NCBI GenBank assembly: GCA_963771795.1
Contig: CAVYUR010000006.1
Location: forward strand, 737,661-801,660
Direction of reading: 5' to 3'
From: an uncultured Chloroflexia bacterium
GTDB lineage: Bacteria; Chloroflexota; Limnocylindria; Limnocylindrales; CSP1-4
DNA: 64,000 bases
Shown: piece after piece, positions 19,682 through 28,922 of the stretch
Layout: each line of letters begins with the position of its first letter
Numbering within the stretch: the stretch's first letter is position 1
Translations under genes and position numbers: made by a program
Notes under the pieces: model-generated
What the model saw: only the letters and a program-made list of their open reading frames with translations
What the model was told of the DNA's origin: nothing
The model's database searches: none

Positions 19682-20481
19682 GCCAGTCCCCCGGCGCCGG
19701 TGTGCGCTTCGCCGTCGAACGGTCCGGGTACTCCGCCCGCGGGCACATTGCGCACCATCCGGCCGGAACGCGGGTCGAAGTGGATCCCGCACTCGCGGTC
19801 CTCCGGCCGCTCCCACCACCAGCGCCCGGCGCGCTCGTCCTCGCCGGGCTCGATGGCCCGGGTGCACGGCGCGCAACCGATCGATGGGTAGCCCCGATCG
19901 TGGAGCGCGTTGTACGGCAGGTCATGGTCGCGGATGTACGCCCAGACCTGATCGCGGCTCCAGTCCGCGAGGGGCGCGATCTTCCAGATTCCGCCGTGCT
20001 GCTGGTCGAGCGAGATCTTCGCGGTCTCGGCCCGGGTCGAGATCTGGTCGCGGCGAAGCCCGGTGATCCAACCGTCGAGCGTCGCGAGAGCCCGCTCGAG
20101 CGGCTCGACCTTGCGGACGTGGCAGCACGAGATCCGGTTCTCGGTCGATTCGTAGAACAAGTTGACCCCCTTGGCCCGAACCATCGCCTCGACGCTCTCC
20201 GGCTTGGGGAAAAGCACTTCGACCTCGATCCCGTAGCGCCGCCGGACCTGGTCGATCAGGTCGTAGGTTTCCTGCGGGAGGCGGCCGGTGTCGAGCGTGA
20301 AGACCCGCGGTCGCGGCTCGATCGACACCAGGAGATCGATGAGGACGACGTCCTCGGCGCCGAACGAGGATGCGATCGCGAGGCGATCGCGCCCGAGCGA
20401 CCGGAGCGCAGTCGCGAGCACTTCCGGCGCGTCGAGCGATTCGACCAGCCCGGGCTCGAGGGCGATCTCAGGCGGCGGCAT
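19678..20481 (-). CDS. cysH: Adenylylsulfate (APS)/PAPS reductase, Fe-S-type
   Basis: CysH fold with the two cysteine pairs typical of 4Fe-4S APS reductases (ISCCHVRK and GCAPCT) and the C-terminal ECGIH motif. Confidence 0.9.
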   Translation of the reverse strand: MPPPEIALEPGLVESLDAPEVLATALRSLGRDRLAIASSFGAEDVVLIDLLVSIEPRPRVFTLDTGRLPQETYDLIDQVRRRYGIEVEVLFPKPESVEAMVRAKGVNLFYESTENRISCCHVRKVEPLERALATLDGWITGLRRDQISTRAETAKISLDQQHGGIWKIAPLADWSRDQVWAYIRDHDLPYNALHDRGYPSIGCAPCTRAIEPGEDERAGRWWWERPEDRECGIHFDPRSGRMVRNVPAGGVPGPFDGEAHTGAGGLA

Positions 20482-21361
20482 CTACGAGGCCTCGGCGGGC
20501 CCGGATCGACCGTTCCACCGTGCTGAACACGACGACGTCAACGACGATCCCGATGGCGAGGATGACGATCATCATCGCCATGAGCCCCGGAGCGTCGGAG
20601 AACTCGCGGGAGAACTGCAGCTGGGCGCCGACCGAGGTCTGCCCCGGGATGAGCACGAGCAGCTCGCCCGCCATGAGGCTCCGCCAGGCGAACGCCCAGC
20701 CCTGCTTGAGCCCCGCAACCGAGGTCGGCAGGGCCGCCGGCAGGATTACGTGCCGGTACTTGGCCAGCCCCTGGGCGCCCATGACCCGGCCGGCCCGGAG
20801 GAGGATGGGCGGGACGTGATCCACGCCCGAGATCAGGCCGTTCGCGATCGATGGGGCCGCTCCCAGGATGACCACGAACAGGATCGCGGTCTCGCTCAGC
20901 TGGAACAGGAGGATCGCGAGCGGGAACCACGCGATCGACGGCATGGTCTGCAGGCCGGTGATCAGCGAGCCGACGGCGGCGCGCAGCGTCGGTGACCGGA
21001 CGACCAGGATGCCGATGATCCCGCCGACGAGCACGGCAAGGGCATAGCCGACGGCGGCGCGTCGGAGCGTCACGGCGACGGCCGCAACGAGGTCGCCGCC
21101 GAGGAATTGCTTCCAGAGCTCGCCGAACACCGTCAGCGGCGATGGCAGCAGCCAGATCGGCTTCCACCCACTCAGCACGACGAGTTGCCAGGCGCCAAGG
21201 GCGATCGCGAGGGCGACGAGCTTCGGCCAGGCCCCGTTGACGAACCGACGAAGACGCGGCTGGCGGCGGAGACTCGGGACGTCCAGCGTGTCGAGGCCGG
21301 CCAGCTGGGCCCCGAGCCGGTCCGGGATCGAGGCGTCCGGGAGCGGCCTAACGAGTCGCAT
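20468..21361 (-). CDS. ABC transporter permease (SsuC/TauC/NitT family)
   Basis: 297 aa multi-span protein with the family-typical loop (ILLRAGRVMGAQGLAKYRHVILPAALP). Confidence 0.88.
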   Translation of the reverse strand: MRLVRPLPDASIPDRLGAQLAGLDTLDVPSLRRQPRLRRFVNGAWPKLVALAIALGAWQLVVLSGWKPIWLLPSPLTVFGELWKQFLGGDLVAAVAVTLRRAAVGYALAVLVGGIIGILVVRSPTLRAAVGSLITGLQTMPSIAWFPLAILLFQLSETAILFVVILGAAPSIANGLISGVDHVPPILLRAGRVMGAQGLAKYRHVILPAALPTSVAGLKQGWAFAWRSLMAGELLVLIPGQTSVGAQLQFSREFSDAPGLMAMMIVILAIGIVVDVVVFSTVERSIRARRGLVDAAA

Positions 21362-22148
21362 GCCGGCGCACCTGCTCGCTCAGCTGCTGGCCGATGGTGA
21401 TCGCGAGGGCCGACACCTCCGGCGACTCGATCCGGCGCTCACCGGCAATCGAAACCTGGAACTCCGCGACCGCCCGGCCGGGCCGGCTCGACAGCAGCAC
21501 GACCCGCTGGCCGAGGCGGACCGCCTCGCGAACGTTGTGGGTGACGAACAGGATCGTAAGCCCGGCGTCCCGCCAGAGGCGCTCGAGCTCCTCGTGGAGC
21601 AGGTCGCGGGTGATGGCGTCGAGGGCGCCGAACGGTTCGTCGAGCAGGAGGATCCGCGCATCCTGGGCAAGGGCCCGCGCCAGCGCAACCCGCTGGCGCA
21701 TCCCACCCGACAGCTCGTGGGGCCGCTTCCCCGCGAAGCCGGACAGATGGACGACCTCGAGGAGCTGCGCCACGGTCTCGCGGCGCTCGCGGCGCGGGAC
21801 CCCGCGGAGTCGCAACGCGAGTTCGACGTTCTCGGCGGCCGTCAGCCACGGGAACAGCGCGGCGTCCTGGAAGATGAGTGTCGGCCGGCCGCCTTCGATC
21901 TCGACGCGGCCGCGCGTCGGCGCATCGAGGCCGGCGACGATGTTTAGGAGGGTGCTCTTGCCGCAGCCCGAGGCACCGACGATGCAGACGAAGCCGCCGA
22001 CGTCGACCGTCAGGTCCAGGCCGTCGAGCGCGACGACCGCCTCGGGCCCACGCCCGTAGACCTTGGTGACGGCTTCGAGGCGGATGGCCGGTGTCGTCGC
22101 CGGCGAGGGCGAGACCGCCAGGTCCGCGTCGGTGACGAGGGCCCTCAT
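21348..22148 (-). CDS. ABC transporter ATP-binding protein (SsuB/TauB family)
   Basis: Walker A GASGCGKST, signature LSGGMRQR, Walker B LLLDEPF. Confidence 0.9.
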   Translation of the reverse strand: MRALVTDADLAVSPSPATTPAIRLEAVTKVYGRGPEAVVALDGLDLTVDVGGFVCIVGASGCGKSTLLNIVAGLDAPTRGRVEIEGGRPTLIFQDAALFPWLTAAENVELALRLRGVPRRERRETVAQLLEVVHLSGFAGKRPHELSGGMRQRVALARALAQDARILLLDEPFGALDAITRDLLHEELERLWRDAGLTILFVTHNVREAVRLGQRVVLLSSRPGRAVAEFQVSIAGERRIESPEVSALAITIGQQLSEQVRRHATR

Positions 22149-23266
22149 AGGCCGCTGACTGCCGGTTTGCCGGCGAGCTCGAGCAGCTCGTTGAGCACGG
22201 ACAGATCATAGATGCCCGTGAGGTCGACCGGGTCGAGAAGTCCCACCTTCGTGGCGTGCTCGGCTGAACCCTGCAGCGAGGACGCGATCGGGTCGATCGT
22301 GAACGTCAGGTTCGGCCAGGCGGCGGTGATCACCTTCTCGGCGATCGTCTTGGTCGTGATCTTCTCGATGCCCTGATTGGTCAGCTGCCGGGCCTTGGCC
22401 GGGTCGCTGTTGACGAGGTCGTTGGCTTCCAGGACGCCCTCGAGCAGCGCCCGGATGACGCCCGGATTGGCCTGGAGGTAGTCCGTCCGGACGATGAGGT
22501 GGGTCGTGACGTACTCGCCTTCCGGCCAGAGCGTCCGTTCGTCGACGAGGACCTTGCCGTTGCCCTCCTGGACGAGGCGGGTTGCCCACGGCTCCGGCAC
22601 CCAGGCACCGTCGACCTGGCCGCTCGCGAACGCTTCGAGCGTCTGGGAGTTCTCCTGCGGCAGGATCGACACGTCGCCACCGCCCTGCGCGTCGGCATTG
22701 AGGCCGTTGTCGAGCAGCCAGGTCCGCAGCGCGACGTCCTGGGTGTTGCCGAGCTGGGGCGTGGCGATCCTCTTGTCGCGCAGGTCGGCAGGCGACGTGA
22801 TCTCCGGCTTGACGACGAGGTACGCGCCGCCCGACGTCGCCCCGGCGATGATCCGGATCGCTGCGCCCTTCGACTGGGAGAAGGCGTTGATCGCCGGGTT
22901 GGGGCCGATGAATGTCGCGTCGATCGCTCCGGCGAGGAGCGCCTCTGACGCCGCTCCGCCGGCGTTGAACGAGGCGACCTCGAAGGTCACGCCGGATCCG
23001 AGTGCCTTTGCGAAGATGCCGCTCTCGACGCCGACGAGGGCGGTGGCATGGGTGATGTTCGGGAAGTATCCGAGGCGGAGCACCCCCTGCGCCTCGCCCG
23101 GCGCTCCGGCGGTTGACCCCGCGACCGACCCGGTCGAGCCGGCGGACGGTGCGGAACAGGCGGATGCGAGCAGCGCAAGCGTCGCCAGCAGGGCGGCGAG
23201 CCGGGCGATGGTCGGTCGATTGTGAGTCGGGAGGTGGATCCTGAAGGTGGTCTGCGAGACCCTCAT
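22145..23266 (-). CDS. NMT1/SsuA-like substrate-binding lipoprotein
   Basis: Lipobox LLASACS, then an SsuA/NMT1-type binding domain (LRLGYFPNITHATALVG). Start at ATG 23266, with ATG 23323 as the alternative. Confidence 0.85.
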   Translation of the reverse strand: MRVSQTTFRIHLPTHNRPTIARLAALLATLALLASACSAPSAGSTGSVAGSTAGAPGEAQGVLRLGYFPNITHATALVGVESGIFAKALGSGVTFEVASFNAGGAASEALLAGAIDATFIGPNPAINAFSQSKGAAIRIIAGATSGGAYLVVKPEITSPADLRDKRIATPQLGNTQDVALRTWLLDNGLNADAQGGGDVSILPQENSQTLEAFASGQVDGAWVPEPWATRLVQEGNGKVLVDERTLWPEGEYVTTHLIVRTDYLQANPGVIRALLEGVLEANDLVNSDPAKARQLTNQGIEKITTKTIAEKVITAAWPNLTFTIDPIASSLQGSAEHATKVGLLDPVDLTGIYDLSVLNELLELAGKPAVSGL

Positions 23267-23325
23267 CAGGCGGCGGCCAGGAGCTGGGGCGTCTGGGCCG
23301 GGAACGTCACGAGCGCCCTCCATCT

Positions 23326-23374
23326 CCTACTGGTTTAGTAGGACTCCGGGGAGTCTACCCCGGACCGGGTCCGG
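23326..23374. promoter_or_regulatory. Three consecutive dyad symmetries upstream of the sulfur operon and downstream of the esterase gene
   Basis: CCTACT-N5-AGTAGG (23326-23342), GTAGGACTCC-GG-GGAGTCTAC with one bulge (23338-23358), CCGGACC-G-GGTCCGG (23360-23374). Could be an operator cluster or the esterase terminator. Confidence 0.3.
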
Positions 23375-23424
23375 CTCGCTGGGCCATTCCGCGCAGGCGA
23401 GCTCGAGATCGACGTTGAATGCGC

Positions 23425-24357
23425 TCAGAGCGCTCGGGCGCTGAGCTCGAGTGCTTGGCGCCTGAGGAAGGCACGGACGCGGGTGAAGGCGTCGGCGACG
23501 TCCGGCCGGTCCATCGCCTGGTCAAAACCATGCTCGCCATTGGCAATCGTGATCAACTCGTGCGGAACGCCGGCTGCCCGGAGCGCCGCCGCCATCAGGA
23601 CGGACTGTTCGTAGGGGACGTCGGTGTCGCGGTTCCCATGCAGCAGGAGCATCGCCGGGAAGGTTGGCGAGACGTGCTGGACGGGGCAGTAGGGCGACAG
23701 CGCCCCGGGGTCGCGTGCGGGATCGTGGCCGGTCACGTGCCGCGGCCACAGACCGTGTTGGCGGCAGTACAGATAGAACAGGTACCGGGCGTCATTCGCG
23801 GGCCCCTCGGCGTTCGAGATTTGAGCGCCGCGCACGCTCGCCCACGCCTCTGCCTCGCCGACGAGTGGCTTCGTGAGGTAGTACGGATCGGGACGGGCGT
23901 ACCACGGCCCCGCGATGTCGCCGTAGCCGTAGAAGGAGACGAGCGCCTGCAGGCGCGGCTCGATTCGGGCACCCGCAAGCAGGGTGAGGTAGCCGCCTGC
24001 GGAGTGGCCGACGACCGCGACTCGGCGCGGGTCCAGTCGAAACGCTTTGGCGCCCTCGCCTCGAACCCAGTCGACGGCATCCTCCAGGTCCGCGACGATC
24101 CCGTCGATCCTGGTCTCCGGAGCAAGTCGATAGTCGATCGAGACCACGGCGAAGCCGTCGCTCAGGTAGGCGTCCCGGTGGACCGCATCGATCCACCCCC
24201 GGCCGCCCATGATCAGGGCGCCGCCATGGATGAAGATGATGACCGGGTACGGACCCCTGCCCGGAGGCAGGAAGACATCGGCGTTGATCGCCAGGTCGCC
24301 AACCTGCTTGAAGGTGACCGTTTCGCTATCACGAGGCATGCGCGGCTGATTCTCCAT
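23425..24357 (-). CDS. Alpha/beta hydrolase (esterase/lipase, HSL-like)
   Basis: Oxyanion HGG motif (IFIHGGALIMG), nucleophile elbow GHSAGG, C-terminal His region. Start at ATG 24357, with TTG 24384 as the alternative. Confidence 0.85.
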   Translation of the reverse strand: MENQPRMPRDSETVTFKQVGDLAINADVFLPPGRGPYPVIIFIHGGALIMGGRGWIDAVHRDAYLSDGFAVVSIDYRLAPETRIDGIVADLEDAVDWVRGEGAKAFRLDPRRVAVVGHSAGGYLTLLAGARIEPRLQALVSFYGYGDIAGPWYARPDPYYLTKPLVGEAEAWASVRGAQISNAEGPANDARYLFYLYCRQHGLWPRHVTGHDPARDPGALSPYCPVQHVSPTFPAMLLLHGNRDTDVPYEQSVLMAAALRAAGVPHELITIANGEHGFDQAMDRPDVADAFTRVRAFLRRQALELSARAL

Positions 24358-24397
24358 CACGACGTTGGGCTGCTGTCCGGGCAACGATCATACGTAT

Positions 24398-24430
24398 CAT
24401 GGATTGACGCGCGGCTACGCGCAGTCCATG
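24398..24430. promoter_or_regulatory. Dyad/stem-loop in the leader of the ADP-ribosylglycohydrolase locus
   Basis: CATGGA (24398-24403) pairs with TCCATG (24425-24430), enclosing GCGCG-GCTA-CGCGC (24409-24422). The 8-bp palindrome ATACGTAT lies at 24390-24397. Confidence 0.3.
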
Positions 24431-24464
24431 CTGATACGAATAACTCGCGAGAGGAGCGGTCGAG

Positions 24465-26624
24465 TTGGTGGCGATCCCGACTGACTACGAGGAACGTGTC
24501 TACGCCGGCGTCCTGGGGAAGATCATCGGCGTCTACCTTGGCCGACCGGTCGAGGGCTGGACCTATGAGCAGATCACCGACAGGCTCGGCGAGATCACCG
24601 GCTACGTCCACGAGGAGCTCGGCGTCCCGCTGATCGTCACTGATGACGACATCACCGGGACCTTCACGTTCTTCCGTGCCCTGGAGGACAGCGGCTATGA
24701 CCCGGACCTCGGCTCCGAGGCGGTCGGCCGAGCCTGGCTGAACTATCTGATCGAGAACCGCACGATCCTGTGGTGGGGCGGCCTCGGTCACTCGACGGAA
24801 CACACGGCCTACCTGCGTCTCAAGTCCGGCATTCCCGCTCCCCGGAGCGGATCCGCCGAGCTCAATGGCCAGGTGACGTCCGAGCAGATCGGCGCCCAGA
24901 TCTTCATCGATGCCTGGGCCATGGCGTCGCCGGGCGACCCAGCGCGGGCGGCTGCCCTCGCCCGGACGGCAGCCAGGGTCAGCCACGATGGCGAGGCCGT
25001 TCACGCCGCCGCCCTGCTGGCAGCGATGGAAGCCCAGGCATTCGTCGAGGGGAACCTGGACCGCCTGCTCGATACGGGGCTGTCGTTCATCCCGCGAGAT
25101 TCGGTCATCGCCCGGCTGATCGGCGATCTCCGGGAGTGGCGGGTTGGTGAACCGGACTGGCGGGTTGCACGCGAACGACTTGCCGAGAAGTACGGCTATG
25201 ACCGGTATCACGGGAACGTTCACGTCGTTCCGAACCACGGCCTGATGATCCTGAGCCTCCTATGGGGCGACGACGACTTCAGTCGAACCATGTCGATCGT
25301 CAATACCGGTGGGTGGGATACGGACTGCAACTCCGGGAACATCGGCTGCCTGATGGGGATCAAGGTCGGCCTCGCCGGGCTGAGCGGAACAATCGACTGG
25401 CGCGGACCGGTCGCCGATCGCATGTATCTGCCGACCGCCGAGGGCGGCCGCGCGATCACGGACGCGGTCATCGAAGCGGGACGGATCGCGACGGCGGGTC
25501 GTCGGATGGTGGGCGATAAGCCGGACCGCCCCAAGGGCGGAGCACGGTTCCACTTCGACTTTGAAGGTGCGATCCAGGGCTTCGCGGCCGGCACCGATGC
25601 GACGGGCGAGCGGCCGGCGCTGACGAACGTCGAGGGCGGAAGCACGACAGGTCGCCGAAGCCTGCGGTGTGGCTTCGACCATACCGGCCGTGGGTCGACG
25701 CGGCTGATGACCCCGACCTTCATCCCGCCGAGCGCGATCAACATGATCGGCTACCGGCTGCTGGCTTCGCCAACGCTCCACGCCGGCCAGGACCTCCGGG
25801 CGGAAATCGAGCTGTCGGCTGGCACGACCGGCCCCGTGGAGGCTCGGTTGATCGTCGCCCATTACACGGGGGCGGACGAGCTCGCCTGGCTGGGCGGCCC
25901 GGCGGAGACATTGCAGCCCGGCGGTCGGGTCGAACTGAGCTGGCAAGTACCCGAGACCGGCGGCCAGCCGATCGCCGAGGTCGGCGTCGAAGTCTCGGGT
26001 CAGGCGAAAGGCGCGGTCCACCTCGATTGGCTGTCGTGGTCGGGGCCGCCGAACGTGCGGCTCGGTCGGCCGGTCGACGGTGGAACGATGTGGCGCCGGG
26101 CGTGGATCGAGGCGGTTGACGTCTGGGAGGCTCGGAAGCCAGAGACGTACCGGTTCTCGCAGAACCGCGGGACCGGCCTGATCAGCCAAGGGTCCCTCGA
26201 TTGGACCGACTATCGCGTCGAGGCCGACGTGACGCCGTGGATGGCGGCGGCGGCCGGTGTTGCCGCGCGCGTCCAGGGCCTGCGCCGCTACTACGCCCTG
26301 TTGCTCACCAGCGATGGGCGGGCGCGCGTGGTTCGGGCCAACGATGACGTCACGGTCCTGTCGGACGTCCCCTTCGCCATCGACTACTTCCAGACGTACG
26401 AGTTGGCGCTCGAAGTCGACGGATCTCGGATCAGAGCCTGGATCGATGGCGTGCTGCTGGCCGACGTCGACGACAAATCGCTGCGTGCGCTTCGTGGCGG
26501 TGCGGTCGGACTGGTGTGCGAGGAGGGCACGATGGGGAGTTACGAGGTCCGGGTCGCTCCTGTGGCGACGTCGGTCGATCGTTTGACGCCCGAGCGAACG
26601 GAACTCGAGGAGGCGCGATCATGA
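24465..26624 (+). CDS. ADP-ribosylglycohydrolase-family protein with a ~350-aa C-terminal beta-rich extension
   Basis: The N-terminal ~330 aa carry ARH/DraG-like blocks (GKIIGVYLGRPVEGW, VTDDDITGTF, GGWDTDCNSGNIGCLMG). The C-terminal half (WTDYRVEADV...YYALLLTSDG...LALEVDGSRIRAWIDG) resembles a concanavalin-like/DUF1080-type jelly roll; that is an inference. Confidence 0.85.
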   Translation: MVAIPTDYEERVYAGVLGKIIGVYLGRPVEGWTYEQITDRLGEITGYVHEELGVPLIVTDDDITGTFTFFRALEDSGYDPDLGSEAVGRAWLNYLIENRTILWWGGLGHSTEHTAYLRLKSGIPAPRSGSAELNGQVTSEQIGAQIFIDAWAMASPGDPARAAALARTAARVSHDGEAVHAAALLAAMEAQAFVEGNLDRLLDTGLSFIPRDSVIARLIGDLREWRVGEPDWRVARERLAEKYGYDRYHGNVHVVPNHGLMILSLLWGDDDFSRTMSIVNTGGWDTDCNSGNIGCLMGIKVGLAGLSGTIDWRGPVADRMYLPTAEGGRAITDAVIEAGRIATAGRRMVGDKPDRPKGGARFHFDFEGAIQGFAAGTDATGERPALTNVEGGSTTGRRSLRCGFDHTGRGSTRLMTPTFIPPSAINMIGYRLLASPTLHAGQDLRAEIELSAGTTGPVEARLIVAHYTGADELAWLGGPAETLQPGGRVELSWQVPETGGQPIAEVGVEVSGQAKGAVHLDWLSWSGPPNVRLGRPVDGGTMWRRAWIEAVDVWEARKPETYRFSQNRGTGLISQGSLDWTDYRVEADVTPWMAAAAGVAARVQGLRRYYALLLTSDGRARVVRANDDVTVLSDVPFAIDYFQTYELALEVDGSRIRAWIDGVLLADVDDKSLRALRGGAVGLVCEEGTMGSYEVRVAPVATSVDRLTPERTELEEARS

Positions 26625-27949
26625 CGTTCACCGGCATACGTGCGGCCGCTGTCCTGATGGCCGGCGTTCTGCTCATTGCAGCGTGCGGCACGGCGACGCC
26701 GGCTTCGGTGACGCCGACGGGTTCCGCCGGCGCTTCCGCGGGCGCCAGCGCCTCCGCCCCGTCCGGCGAGAAGGTCTCGCTCGACCTGTGGGTCTTCGAG
26801 GGTGAGGACGGGATCCTGCCTGCGTTCAAGGAGGGTTTCGAGAGCTCCCACCCCAACATCACGCTCGAGGTCACATTGATCCCGGAAGACCTGTACGTAA
26901 CGAAGCTGGACACGGCGTTCGCCGCCGGCTCGCCACCCGACGTCGCCCTGATGTACGAGGCGCGGTGGCTCAAGGCGGATGCCTTCGTTCCGCTCGACGA
27001 TGCCTTCGCCAGCAACAGCATCGACCTCGCTCGATACGCACAGGGGCCTCTTGGCGGCTGCAAGCTCGACGACAAGCAGTACTGCCTGGGTAGCTACCTC
27101 GGGTTGGTGGTGCTGCTGTACGACAGGCAACAGTTCGACGCCGCAAATCTGCCGTATCCATCGGCAACGGTGCCGATGTCGGTTGACGAGTATGCGGAGG
27201 TCGCCGCGAAGCTCGCCAAGCCGGATCCCGACCTGGCGAAGCGGGTCTGGGGTGGCGAGGTCGCGCCGACGTTCTGGTGGATGGACACGACAAACCTGTT
27301 CAGCGAGGACGGTCGCAGCGTGACCGGTCTGGTCGACGACGAGGCGACGATCCATGCCTGGGAGGTCCTCGGCAAGATGGCCAGGGACGGTGTCGGCATC
27401 ACCGGAGCCGAGCAGGAGGCGGCGGGCATCGAGTCGACGGATCTCCTTGCCACCCATCAGCTCGCGATGGCGATCGGTGACAACACCGCCGTTGGCGAAC
27501 TCCAGGCGCAGGGGATCGACGTCGGCGTGGCGCCCCTGCCCGTGGAGCGTTCGGGTGACCCAGTCTGGGCTTCCACCTGGATGGACATGTGGGCCGTCCC
27601 GACCAAGGCCTCACACCCGGCGGAGGCCACGGAGCTCGTGGTCTGGATCGCGACGGAGGGCAATAGGATCCGAGCAGAGGGCGGTGCCCCGCCACTCGAC
27701 CTCCAGCTTGCCAAGGACTCTGGCTGGGCAGCCGGGGCTCCGGAACGGCAAGTCATTCTCGACCTCGCCGGTCAGGCAAAGCAGCGGGCGTTCATCCCCG
27801 GCTTCTTCTCGGTCCTGGGTCCGATCCTCGAAGACGCATTCACCAGCATCCTGGAGACAGGTGACGCGGGCAGCGCACTACGAGAAGCGGCCCCGCTCTT
27901 GCAAGAGGACCTCGACCGGGAGTGGGAAACGTGGGACAAGATCCAGTAG
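26621..27949 (+). CDS. Family-1 extracellular solute-binding lipoprotein (sugar-type ABC)
   Basis: ATG 26621 overlaps the upstream stop (ATGA). Lipobox LIAACGT, then a CUT1 SBP pattern. Confidence 0.88.
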   Translation: MTFTGIRAAAVLMAGVLLIAACGTATPASVTPTGSAGASAGASASAPSGEKVSLDLWVFEGEDGILPAFKEGFESSHPNITLEVTLIPEDLYVTKLDTAFAAGSPPDVALMYEARWLKADAFVPLDDAFASNSIDLARYAQGPLGGCKLDDKQYCLGSYLGLVVLLYDRQQFDAANLPYPSATVPMSVDEYAEVAAKLAKPDPDLAKRVWGGEVAPTFWWMDTTNLFSEDGRSVTGLVDDEATIHAWEVLGKMARDGVGITGAEQEAAGIESTDLLATHQLAMAIGDNTAVGELQAQGIDVGVAPLPVERSGDPVWASTWMDMWAVPTKASHPAEATELVVWIATEGNRIRAEGGAPPLDLQLAKDSGWAAGAPERQVILDLAGQAKQRAFIPGFFSVLGPILEDAFTSILETGDAGSALREAAPLLQEDLDREWETWDKIQ

Positions 27950-27974
27950 CACGGTTCGGCGCTCCACCCCTGCC

Positions 27975-28919
27975 GTGCTAGGCGGACGGTCACTGGCCGG
28001 CGTCTTCCGCGAACGACGGTCCTCACGGTCGGCGGGCTTGTCCTCGGATGAGCCCGCCGCGTGGTTCTTCGTCGGTCCGTGGCTGGCTGGCCTTGGCCTA
28101 TTCATCGGCCTTCCGGTCGTCGTGATGGCCGCCATCAGCCTCACCGATTGGACCCTCGCGACGACGCCGCGGTTCATCGGCCTGGACAACTACGCCTCGA
28201 TGCTGTCAGACCGTCGGTTCCTCCAATCCGTCGGCGTGACGCTGCGCTACGCGGTCCTGTCCCTGCCGATCCTGTTGGTCCTGGGACTCGCGCTATCCCT
28301 GCTCCTCAATCGACCGGTGCGAGGCATCGGGCTGTTCCGGACGATCATGTTCGTACCGTCGGTCATCTCCGGCGTCGCTGTCGCGGTGCTGTGGCTCCAG
28401 ATCCTCAACCCGGAGTTCGGGATCCTGAACCAGCTGCTCCGAGGCATCGGGATCGAGAATCCGCCGAGGTGGCTGACGAACCCGGACTGGGCCGTGCCCG
28501 CCGTTGTCCTGACGAGCGTCTGGACGGTCGGCGGCGCGGCGATCATCTACCTCGCCGGCCTGCAGAACATTCCTGCACAGCTCTACGAGGCGGCGGAGAT
28601 CGACGGCGCCGGTCCCCGCCAGAAGTTCCGGCACATCACCCTGCCGATGCTGTCGCCAACGCTCTACTTCCTGTTCATCACGACCCTGATCGGGTCCTTC
28701 CAGGTCTTCGACGTGGCCTTCGTACTCGGCGGGAGTCGAGGCTCGAGCGGGTCACTCCTGTTCTACCTCCTAAATCTTTGGAACGAGGGCTTTCGCAGCG
28801 GGCGGATCGGCTACGCGTCCGCACTCGGCTTGATCTTCGTCCTCGTGGCCACGGTGGTGATCCTGGTCGCGATGCGAGCCTCCGAGCGGTTCGTCTACTA
28901 CGAAGCCGAGACCAAGTAG
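27975..28919 (+). CDS. Carbohydrate ABC transporter permease 1
   Basis: MalF/UgpA-like permease (WFFVGPWLAGLGLF..., EAA loop YEAAEIDGAGPRQKFRHITLPML), read from the C-terminal part of ORF 27354..28919. The start is uncertain (GTG 27975 or TTG 28038). Confidence 0.85.
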   Translation: MLGGRSLAGVFRERRSSRSAGLSSDEPAAWFFVGPWLAGLGLFIGLPVVVMAAISLTDWTLATTPRFIGLDNYASMLSDRRFLQSVGVTLRYAVLSLPILLVLGLALSLLLNRPVRGIGLFRTIMFVPSVISGVAVAVLWLQILNPEFGILNQLLRGIGIENPPRWLTNPDWAVPAVVLTSVWTVGGAAIIYLAGLQNIPAQLYEAAEIDGAGPRQKFRHITLPMLSPTLYFLFITTLIGSFQVFDVAFVLGGSRGSSGSLLFYLLNLWNEGFRSGRIGYASALGLIFVLVATVVILVAMRASERFVYYEAETK

Positions 28920-28922
28920 GCC

